Shown here: positions 25,113 through 32,000 of the stretch, piece after piece
Numbering within the stretch: position 1 is the stretch's first letter
Layout of the letters: each line of letters begins with the position of its first letter
Source of the DNA: Nonlabens ponticola
Lineage (GTDB): Bacteria > Bacteroidota > Bacteroidia > Flavobacteriales > Flavobacteriaceae
Length of the DNA: 32,000 bases
Reading direction: 5' to 3'
NCBI RefSeq assembly: GCF_003966335.1
Contig: NZ_CP034549.1
Coordinates: 2,520,001-2,552,000, forward strand
Notes under the pieces: generated by a model
The model's input: the letters and a program-made list of their open reading frames with translations, nothing else
Databases searched by the model: none
Told to the model about the DNA's origin: nothing
Made by a program: the position numbers and the translations under genes

Positions 25113-28100
25113 TTGTTTGCTCTTTTAAGTTGGTATTCTTTTTTCCAGCTATATAGAACTGGTAAAAGGAAATAAGATGTGACGTCGATTATCATTCCGC
25201 CAAAAATGGGGATGGCCATCGGTATCATAATGTCGCTTCCTTTTCCTGTAGATGTGAGTACTGGCAACAATGCCAAAACTGTGGTCACGGTGGTCATCAA
25301 GCAAGGACGTATTCTTTTTCCTGCGGCTTCTAATGTGGCGAGACGTATGCCTTTTTTACTGTCTGGCTCGTTGCTTTTAAATGATTGGTCTAAATAGGTT
25401 GCCATTACCACACCATCATCAGTCGCAATACCGAAAAGGGCAATAAAACCGACCCACACGGCCACACTTAAATTGATGGTTTTCATATTGAACAAGTCCC
25501 GTAGGTTCTCGCCAAAAAAGCTGAAATTGAAAAACCAATCTTGACCGTATAACCAAATCATTATAAAGCCACCTGCAAAGGCTACGGCGATTGCTGTAAA
25601 AACCATAAGCGACGTAGAAACCGACTTGAACTGGAAATACAAAATCAAGAAAATGACCAGCAAACAAAGTGGCACAACCACCGATAACGTTTTTTCTGCC
25701 CGTAATTGATTTTCGTACGTTCCTGTAAATCGGTAACTGATGCCTTGTGGCACGACCAAATCGCCATTATCGATTTTCTGTTGAATGAGTGCTTGTGCAT
25801 TTTCCACCACATCGACTTCGGCAAAGTCATCAAGCTTATCAAACAGCACGTAGCCAATCAAGAAGGTGTCTTCACTTTTAATGACCTGTGGACCTTGCTC
25901 ATATCGTATATCTACCAATTCGCCCAAAGGCACCGGACTTCCAGTTGATACAGGAACATAGATACTTTTTAAGTCTTCTGGATTTGCACGCAATTCCCGT
26001 GGATAGCGTACACGCACACCATAGCGCTCACGGCCTTCTACGGTTTGGGTAAGTGGCATACCGCCCACAGCAACCTGAAGCACTTCCTGAACATACATAA
26101 TAGAGATTCCGTAGCGTGCCAGCTGGTCTCGTTTAATATCAATCAGCAAATAAGGTTTACCCACAATTCGGTCTGCAAAAACGGCTTGTTCTTTTACACC
26201 TTCGGCTTGCTTTAAAATATCTTCCAATTGCAGTCCAAAGTTTTCTATGGTTTTTAAATCTGGCCCTTTCACTTTTATTCCCATAGGTGCACGCATTCCT
26301 GTTTGTAGCATCACGAGTCGCGTCTCGATGGGTTGTAGCTTGGGCGCAGAAGTCACGCCTGGGAATTTGGTCACTTTTACGATTTCATTCCAGATATCAT
26401 CGGGACTGCTTATTTCTGGTCGCCAGTTTCGATAATATTCCCCATCGTTATCTTTAATCAAATCATTTCGTGTTGCACTTGTTTTGAGTTGTGACGCTTC
26501 ATAATTTGCATCATCATCGATTTCATTATTGGGGTTAATAATGAACTTGTCATTTTTCAGAACAAATAGACCATCATCGTTCACACGGTAGCGTTGTCTC
26601 TCGCCATTCTCATTTCGCATATATTCAGACTTATACTGAATGACATTTTCATACATCGAGAGTGGTGCAGGGTCGAGGGCAGATTCTGTCCTTCCTGCTT
26701 TTCCCACAACAGTTTCAATTTCAGGGATGCTTGCCACGGCCATATCCAGCTGTTGCAAGACACGCTTGTTCTCTTCGACACCAGCGTGTGGTAAGGATGT
26801 AGGCATTAATAAGAATGAACCTTCATTAAGTGCTGGCATAAATTCCTTCCCTGTGTTACGCATTATGACCACACCTAAAATCAGCACCGTGGTTGGAACA
26901 ATTAAAAACAGGTATCGGTTTTGCAGTGCCCAGCGTAAAATGCTGTCATAGTATCTTCGGAAAACTGTAAACACACCAAGCAGTCCAAAGCAGATAATCG
27001 CTACAAAAATCAAATTCATTAGAATGCTGCGGTCAAAGCCAAGTGGTCGCCAGTATTCGGCTAACAGCACGACGATAGCAATACAGGAAATGATGATATT
27101 TACTACATTTTGATTGATGTTGAGCCTGTAGCCAGCAATGGTATGGTTGTATTCCTTTTTCGCTTTAAGCGAAAAGAATAAACCACTACATCCAAAAGCT
27201 ATCAAAATCAACCCAAGCCAGTAACCAAATACAAGTGCAGTGATGCCGAGTGCGATTAAAAGACCATTCAAAAGCAGTTTAGATCGCTGGCGAACGTTTG
27301 TTTTTCTGAAAAGGAAAGCGGCAAATGGCGGTATTAAAAACAGCGCGATTACAAGCGATGCAGAAAGTGCCATTGTCTTTGTAAAAGCCAATGGTCTGAA
27401 GAGTTTCCCTTCGGCACCTATCATCGTAAACACAGGTAGGAAACTGATAATCGTCGTGAGCACAGCGGTTAAAATTGCCCCAGAGACTTCCGCAGTAGCG
27501 TTGTAGATGATTTCGTTTGTAGTGTATTCTATTCCGCTTTCGCGAAAGCGTAATTTTTTATCTTCCAGATGCCGAATCATATTTTCGGCGAGTATGACGC
27601 CCACGTCCACCATTGTACCGATAGCAATGGCAATTCCTGACAAGGCAACAATGTTAGCATCTACATTAAAGAGCTTCATTGTTATGAAAACCATTAAAAC
27701 GGCAACAGGCAACAAGCCAGAAATTAAAATGGATGCACGTAGGTTAAACACCATTACAATGATGACCAAAATAGTTATCAGGATTTCAAGTGTAAGGGCT
27801 TCATTGAGCGTGTGAAGTGTTTCCTGAATAAGTTGCGTGCGGTCGTAAAAGGGAACGATAGTTACTTGTGAAGTACGACCATCTGCCAAGGTTTTTGTGG
27901 GTAGTCCGGATGATAATTCGGCTATTTGATCTTTTACATTATTGATGACTTCCAATGGGTTAGCACCGTAACGGGCTACCACGACACCGCCTACCACTTC
28001 GGCACCTTCTTTATCCAAAATACCACGTCGCGTTTGTGGTCCCAGATGAACATTTGCAATGTCTTTGATTCGTATAGAAGTAAAATTTTCAGAAGCGACC

Positions 28101-28894
28101 ACCGCGTTTTCAATGTCTGCGACTGATTTCACATACCCCAAGCCACGAACCAGGTATTCGGCTTGATTAATTTCCAACGTCTGTGCACCGATGTCTTGAT
28201 TGCTTTCCTTAACCGCTTTTACAATTTCACTTAAGCCGATGTTGTACTGCCGCATTTTTTCAGGGTCAACATCCACTTGGTATTCTTGAACATACCCACC
28301 AATGGATGCCACTTCGGAAACACCGCTTGCCGAAGACAAACCATATTTTACGTAGTAATCCTGTATGCTTCGTAATTCCTGTAGATCCCAACCGCCAGTT
28401 ACGTTGCCATCTTTATCACGACCTTCCAGCGTGTACCAAAAAATTTGACCTAATCCCGTAGCATCCGGACCCAATGCAGGGTTTACACCATCGGGCAATA
28501 AGTTTGCGGGAAGGGAATTGAGTTTTTCGAGAATACGGCTACGTGACCAATAGAATTCTACATCTTCTTCAAAAATGATATAGATACTTGAAAAACCGAA
28601 CATTGAAGAGCTTCGGATGGTCTTGACCCCAGGAATTCCCAACAATGAAGTTGTAAGTGGATAGGTAATCTGGTCTTCGATATCCTGCGGTGAACGCCCT
28701 TGCCACTTTGTGAAAACGATTTGCTGGTTTTCGCCAATATCTGGTATGGCATCCACTGCTACAGGATCAGTCGGTAAAATACCTGTTTCCCAATTGAAGG
28801 GTGCGTTGACAATGCCCCAACCTACAAATAGGGCAAGAAAAAGAACAGCAACAAGTTTATTTTCTATGAGAAATTTAATCGCCTTATTAAGCAT
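25109..28894 (-). CDS. cusA: CusA/CzcA-family heavy-metal RND pump, enlarged (1261 aa)
   Basis: Typical CusA-family sequence throughout. There is an extra ~110-aa hydrophobic block (about 26955-27285) between canonical TM6 and TM7, and a ~65-aa hydrophilic insertion in the second periplasmic loop. Confidence 0.93.
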   Translation of the reverse strand: MLNKAIKFLIENKLVAVLFLALFVGWGIVNAPFNWETGILPTDPVAVDAIPDIGENQQIVFTKWQGRSPQDIEDQITYPLTTSLLGIPGVKTIRSSSMFGFSSIYIIFEEDVEFYWSRSRILEKLNSLPANLLPDGVNPALGPDATGLGQIFWYTLEGRDKDGNVTGGWDLQELRSIQDYYVKYGLSSASGVSEVASIGGYVQEYQVDVDPEKMRQYNIGLSEIVKAVKESNQDIGAQTLEINQAEYLVRGLGYVKSVADIENAVVASENFTSIRIKDIANVHLGPQTRRGILDKEGAEVVGGVVVARYGANPLEVINNVKDQIAELSSGLPTKTLADGRTSQVTIVPFYDRTQLIQETLHTLNEALTLEILITILVIIVMVFNLRASILISGLLPVAVLMVFITMKLFNVDANIVALSGIAIAIGTMVDVGVILAENMIRHLEDKKLRFRESGIEYTTNEIIYNATAEVSGAILTAVLTTIISFLPVFTMIGAEGKLFRPLAFTKTMALSASLVIALFLIPPFAAFLFRKTNVRQRSKLLLNGLLIALGITALVFGYWLGLILIAFGCSGLFFSLKAKKEYNHTIAGYRLNINQNVVNIIISCIAIVVLLAEYWRPLGFDRSILMNLIFVAIICFGLLGVFTVFRRYYDSILRWALQNRYLFLIVPTTVLILGVVIMRNTGKEFMPALNEGSFLLMPTSLPHAGVEENKRVLQQLDMAVASIPEIETVVGKAGRTESALDPAPLSMYENVIQYKSEYMRNENGERQRYRVNDDGLFVLKNDKFIINPNNEIDDDANYEASQLKTSATRNDLIKDNDGEYYRNWRPEISSPDDIWNEIVKVTKFPGVTSAPKLQPIETRLVMLQTGMRAPMGIKVKGPDLKTIENFGLQLEDILKQAEGVKEQAVFADRIVGKPYLLIDIKRDQLARYGISIMYVQEVLQVAVGGMPLTQTVEGRERYGVRVRYPRELRANPEDLKSIYVPVSTGSPVPLGELVDIRYEQGPQVIKSEDTFLIGYVLFDKLDDFAEVDVVENAQALIQQKIDNGDLVVPQGISYRFTGTYENQLRAEKTLSVVVPLCLLVIFLILYFQFKSVSTSLMVFTAIAVAFAGGFIMIWLYGQDWFFNFSFFGENLRDLFNMKTINLSVAVWVGFIALFGIATDDGVVMATYLDQSFKSNEPDSKKGIRLATLEAAGKRIRPCLMTTVTTVLALLPVLTSTGKGSDIMIPMAIPIFGGMIIDVTSYFLLPVLYSWKKEYQLKRANK
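27535..27550. repeat. Iterated palindrome copy 8 (16-bp perfect)
   Basis: Read directly. It lies inside cusA, encoding L-R-F-R-E-S-G. Confidence 0.97.
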
Positions 28895-28997
28895 ACGATA
28901 TGATTATTAAACAGTTATAGAAATATGCTTTTGTTTGCTCTCAGTAAAGATGAGAACCAACAAAATTTGCCCAAAACGAATGTATCGCTGGGCTTTT

Positions 28998-29022
28998 CCA
29001 GTTGCAATTAGATTGCTACTGG
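28998..29022. promoter_or_regulatory. Imperfect palindrome CCAGTTGCAAT-tag-ATTGCtACTGG in the gap between the HYC_CC_PP-like gene and cusA
   Basis: 10 of 11 arm positions are complementary. It contains TTGCAA-N5-TTGCTA, a degenerate form of the TTGCAC-N5-TTGCAC repeat. No U-tract follows it on the minus strand. Confidence 0.3.
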
Positions 29023-29036
29023 TACTGTTTAATAAA

Positions 29037-29456
29037 TCAAATTAAGAATGTCTGGTGCAATACCTGTAAATCCTGCCTTATAAAAGGTGGCTGGTGATTT
29101 GCAAAGGAAACTTCTGTGGATTGAGTTCCTTGAAATAAATTGATGTATGTGTAAGTAAATGAGGCGACAAATATTTGTTGCTCGTAAGAAAGTTGGGTGA
29201 AATTTTGTTTGAGGTCATCTTGGCCTTCGATGATAATTTGTTGATCTGAGCAACAAGATTTCTCAGACAGCATTGGATTCTCACAACTTTTAGCTGGTTG
29301 GGCATTCTCCATTCCGCAGGTTTTTAACTGCTGCACAAATGAATAATCAACAAGTGTCTCTCCGCAAAAATGCATTTCAACAGCAAACGACATCGTAGTC
29401 ATAAGGACTACGGCTGCCATAAAAAGCGCCATTGATTTGTTGAAGAGTGATTTCAT
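29037..29456 (-). CDS. Small secreted Cys-rich protein resembling the HYC_CC_PP family
   Basis: Signal-like MKSLFNKSMALFMAAVVLMTTMSFA. Motifs in the expected order: MHFCGE (H-aromatic-C), KSCCSDQ (CC) and HQPPF (PP). Start is taken at ATG 29456, because the ORF-track start at 29465 is TTG. Confidence 0.6.
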   Translation of the reverse strand: MKSLFNKSMALFMAAVVLMTTMSFAVEMHFCGETLVDYSFVQQLKTCGMENAQPAKSCENPMLSEKSCCSDQQIIIEGQDDLKQNFTQLSYEQQIFVASFTYTYINLFQGTQSTEVSFANHQPPFIRQDLQVLHQTFLI

Positions 29457-29462
29457 TTGATA

Positions 29463-29470
29463 CAAAAATA
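29463..29470 (-). promoter_or_regulatory. Candidate Bacteroidota -7 box TATTTTTG (TAnnTTTG)
   Basis: Exact TAnnTTTG match on the minus strand, 6 nt upstream of ATG 29456. The geometry matches the box at 11538-11545. Confidence 0.3.
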
Positions 29471-29784
29471 CAGAAAATTCATTTGGATAATTACCGTATG
29501 AAGTATTTTACACTCTTAGCTACTTCATTATATGCAACTCCAAAGCGTTAAGAATAGCCGGCAACGTCAGACCTATGTTTGCAGAAACGGCTTCCAAAAT
29601 TAGTAGCTATAACACCAGCCCTAAAAACGAAAAAAACCTACCGATGAGGACATCATTAACGAACTGGTAAAAATGGGTCGCACAGAAAATATTGGTCGAT
29701 CTACCTTTCGTGATCTAGGTGTGAAAGTGGCGCTAGGTTGGGAAACAATTATCGGTAAATATCGTGTGACCAGGACGAGTGTGT

Positions 29785-30516
29785 TTAGGTATCGGTATGA
29801 GATTGAAAGGATATAGGTTTGTGTGGATCTTTTGGTATTGAGATGGACTGTTTAGTTTGTTTTAAAACCTGATGAATCATTAATATTCCAAACATCCATA
29901 TAAGACCAGTTTGAAGCTCTTGATAGCCGATAAGATCTTCAATCTGGTTTTCTTCAGTTAGGTCTATATGTGTTATGAGTTTCTTAATCTTTTTAGGACT
30001 AATCAAGTTGGGCTGATAGCCTTCTTTTCCCAAAGCCATTTTAAACTCTTCGGCGGTTCGTTCATAATTCTTGTTGTGAAGTACTTCCGAGAGCATTTCT
30101 TTTTTCGCTGCTTGCATTCGGCCCCATTTTCCTTCTCCTTGCCAGTACTCTAAAATTTTATAGGTTTCTAAAAGTGTGAAACTTCTACGTCCCACCAAAT
30201 CATTTTCAATGAAGTATGTAGAGAAGCGTTCATTGAAAGTAGTACGCGAATGAAGTCCGGTAATCTGGTAGAGCATTTTTTTAGGAATACGCTCTGGAAA
30301 TAAGGGTTGGAAACCAGCAATTATTTGCTCGTTTTTAATTTCTTCGGAAGGAGTTTCCCATAAGTCAATAATCGAACTATAATGAGAAATGTAGATCATA
30401 AAACGCCTGAACGATTTAAAATTATAGCTTATCAAACAAGCTGCAATAAACCACCAAGGTACGCTACCATTGTACCTTTCGTGAAATCTATCTATTTTAA
30501 AATCTTCTTCTGTCAT
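29785..30516 (-). CDS. Hypothetical protein (possible HTH segment plus one C-terminal hydrophobic helix)
   Basis: 243-aa ORF with ATG at 30516. The segment KKMLYQITGLHSRTTFNERF looks HTH-like, and LIWMFGILMIHQVL is hydrophobic. I recognise no family. AT-rich. Confidence 0.5.
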   Translation of the reverse strand: MTEEDFKIDRFHERYNGSVPWWFIAACLISYNFKSFRRFMIYISHYSSIIDLWETPSEEIKNEQIIAGFQPLFPERIPKKMLYQITGLHSRTTFNERFSTYFIENDLVGRRSFTLLETYKILEYWQGEGKWGRMQAAKKEMLSEVLHNKNYERTAEEFKMALGKEGYQPNLISPKKIKKLITHIDLTEENQIEDLIGYQELQTGLIWMFGILMIHQVLKQTKQSISIPKDPHKPISFQSHTDT

Positions 30517-30525
30517 AGTTAATAT

Positions 30526-30556
30526 ATGGTCGCAATCTATTACAGATTGCGACCAT
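30526..30556 (-). terminator. Perfect 13-bp-stem hairpin (ATGGTCGCAATCT / AGATTGCGACCAT, 5-nt loop)
   Basis: Read directly. It lies 7 nt after the stop of the 43-codon ORF and 9 nt before the start of the 243-aa gene. It is followed on the minus strand by ATATATTAA, which is only weakly U-rich, so it could be a terminator, an attenuator or an operator. Confidence 0.4.
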
Positions 30557-30563
30557 TACATTT

Positions 30564-30695
30564 TTACTTCTTTCCTTTAGAACCAGAATTTCCAGAGTTA
30601 CCTGAACTTGTTCGAGGTGGATTGTTTCCTCTACCTTTTCCGGATGCGTTTCCTGTTTTACTTGGTCCATTTACTGGTGTGTTTGACTTTGCCAT
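30564..30695 (-). CDS. Possible 43-aa Gly/Ser/Asn/Lys-rich basic micro-protein
   Basis: Hand translation: MAKSNTPVNGPSKTGNASGKGRGNNPPRTSSGNSGNSGSKGKK, then stop. It is co-directional with all neighbours and followed by the hairpin. The sequence is low-complexity, so coding status is uncertain. Confidence 0.25.
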   Translation of the reverse strand: MAKSNTPVNGPSKTGNASGKGRGNNPPRTSSGNSGNSGSKGKK

Positions 30696-30776
30696 AATTT
30701 TGGGTTTTTATATTAATAATGGCTCAAATATATATTGGGTCTTTTGAGTGTATTGTAAACTTTGGACGATAGGGTT

Positions 30777-31937
30777 TTATGCTATTTCCTTTAAAAAATA
30801 ATCTCTCAAAATTTCCTTAAATTTTGGAGAGTTTATACCATTCGCTTTCTCCAATATTTTCTGTTTATTAAAATATTCGATACCATACTTTTTCGTTTTG
30901 ACCTTAGCGTTTGCAAGTTTTTTTTCGGCGGCTTCTGTAAAACCACCAGTACTCCAGATCTCAAACGTGAGTGATTTTTCTGGATAAACATTCATAGCCC
31001 ATTTTCTTATAATCACAATTTTATTAGAAATATAGTCCTCGATATAATCTATATCAACTGGGTAATTATAGCCTTTACATTCAACGATTTTTACTTCATT
31101 TTCAAAAACTGCCAATACATCTATTTCCTTTGATTGGTTGGTTTCTTGTAATGTCACTCTTTTGCTTATATCTAAATTACGGCAATACTTACTATAGTAA
31201 TATCCAACAGCAAGTTCAAAAAGATCTCCTCTTAAATTGTTGGTTTTTCCATCTACTAGTTTGGTCAATTTCTCCATCAAATTGATGTATTGTTCTGGAT
31301 CTTTTTTTAGAATAGCTCCAGCATTAGTTACTATATTGATTAGAGATTTTAATAATTCACTATATTCATTTCCAAACAGTTCCCTTATGGAAGCTATCAG
31401 CACACCATTACTTTTTAGCTTATTAAGAGCCTTGGTCTTTATACCATCAACAATTATCACAGGAAAAAGATCTAGAACTGGATTTGAAGCTTTTATAGCT
31501 GCTATTTTTCTTAGAAAGAAACTAACCGTTTCTTCATTGGTATCATTACCTAACAAAATGTCTGCAATTAAAAAGCCTGGGTTTTTGACATTACCCTTGT
31601 ATCTGGTTAGTCCATCAATATATGTTGGTGCCGAAAATGCAAATTGAAAACCACCAACAACATTATTATTTTTACCCTTTTTAAAGGATGTCAAGCCTAT
31701 GTTTTTACTCCATATTTCAAATCTCTGTAAAACAATAGCTTTAGAAAGTTCAATTGCTTTTATATGACTTAAATTAGGATTATGTTTTCCACCAAGCAGC
31801 GCATTTAAGCCTAAAGTTTCGTCATCATATTTTCTAACAAAATCATTTTTCAAGAGAAGCTCAATAAGAGTGTCAAATTTCATATGACCATCAATGCGAC
31901 TTATTGGACTTATAGAATAATTTGCTAATTCCTTCAT
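30777..31937 (-). CDS. Hypothetical protein with a C-terminal Mrr/NERD-like PD-(D/E)xK nuclease motif
   Basis: GDLFELAVGYYYSK ... EIDVLAVFENEVKIVECKG (about 31070-31130) fits the D...E-x-K restriction-endonuclease-fold signature. The ~230-aa N-terminal region is unrecognised. AT-rich. Confidence 0.6.
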   Translation of the reverse strand: MKELANYSISPISRIDGHMKFDTLIELLLKNDFVRKYDDETLGLNALLGGKHNPNLSHIKAIELSKAIVLQRFEIWSKNIGLTSFKKGKNNNVVGGFQFAFSAPTYIDGLTRYKGNVKNPGFLIADILLGNDTNEETVSFFLRKIAAIKASNPVLDLFPVIIVDGIKTKALNKLKSNGVLIASIRELFGNEYSELLKSLINIVTNAGAILKKDPEQYINLMEKLTKLVDGKTNNLRGDLFELAVGYYYSKYCRNLDISKRVTLQETNQSKEIDVLAVFENEVKIVECKGYNYPVDIDYIEDYISNKIVIIRKWAMNVYPEKSLTFEIWSTGGFTEAAEKKLANAKVKTKKYGIEYFNKQKILEKANGINSPKFKEILRDYFLKEIA

Positions 31938-32000
31938 ATTTACAAGCCCGTGATGAAATTTTATCGCCGTGATTATAGCACCTATTCTTTTAGCATCAGA

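Noticed and set aside
29517-29610. 8-bp inverted repeat TAGCTACT ... AGTAGCTA about 80 nt apart, upstream of the HYC_CC_PP-like gene
   Set aside because: An 8-mer match at that distance in about 300 nt of AT-rich DNA is close to chance expectation.
30526-30747. Plus-strand 73-aa ORF (Pro/Phe/Leu-rich)
   Set aside because: It starts inside the hairpin, is the only plus-strand candidate among about 24 minus-strand genes, and is the complement of a low-complexity tract. The minus-strand 43-codon ORF is a slightly better, though still weak, explanation.
1-32000. Calling the whole segment an integrative conjugative element, transposon or plasmid
   Set aside because: I could recognise no integrase, transposase, relaxase, conjugation or replication gene, and no tRNA or att-like direct repeat. 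Only compositional mosaicism and a doubtful recombinase-HTH fragment hint at mobility.

Overview
The window reads as a Bacteroidota (Flavobacteriia-like) segment. This is inferred from gene content (DUF3347, Haem_bd-type heme-binding protein, HYC_CC_PP-like and CSPFC-motif small proteins, an AraC regulator with an HMA-like N-terminus), from TAnnTTTG-type boxes, and from the absence of Shine-Dalgarno sequences. All roughly 24 convincing genes lie on the minus strand, separated by very small gaps or overlaps. Positions 1985-11533 form a Zn/Cd/Co module: a small Cys-rich protein, a CzcA-type RND pump fused to a TolC-like outer-membrane factor, a CzcB-like adaptor, a short CDF transporter, a Fur/Zur-like regulator, a STAS protein and a P1B-2 ATPase. 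Positions 13192-29456 form a Cu module: an HYC_CC_PP-like protein, an enlarged CusA, TolC, an AraC-HMA regulator, a multicopper oxidase fused to a CopB-like barrel, DUF3347, a heme-binding protein, a K+-channel-like protein, a permease, CopA, DUF305, and a CusB-like adaptor carrying HMBD and DUF3347 domains. Three AT-rich stretches carry uncharacterised genes with nuclease-type motifs. They are a HEPN Rx4H protein at 421-1815, a TOPRIM protein at 11588-13192 wedged into the metal operon, and a Mrr-like PD-(D/E)xK protein at 30777-31937 with a 243-aa partner. I recognised no rRNA, tRNA, CRISPR array, transposase or integrase. The most unusual signals read directly from the DNA are these. (1) A perfect 14-20 bp palindrome (core GCTTTCGCGAAAGC) occurs 8 times exactly, plus one degenerate copy; the exact copies sit inside coding sequence in all three frames. 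(2) An identical direct-repeat motif TTGCAC-N5-TTGCAC sits in the two promoter-like gaps of the Zn/Cd module. (3) A 32-bp imperfect inverted-repeat pair bounds about 226 bp at the left edge. All functional calls come from motif reading by eye; no database search was possible.
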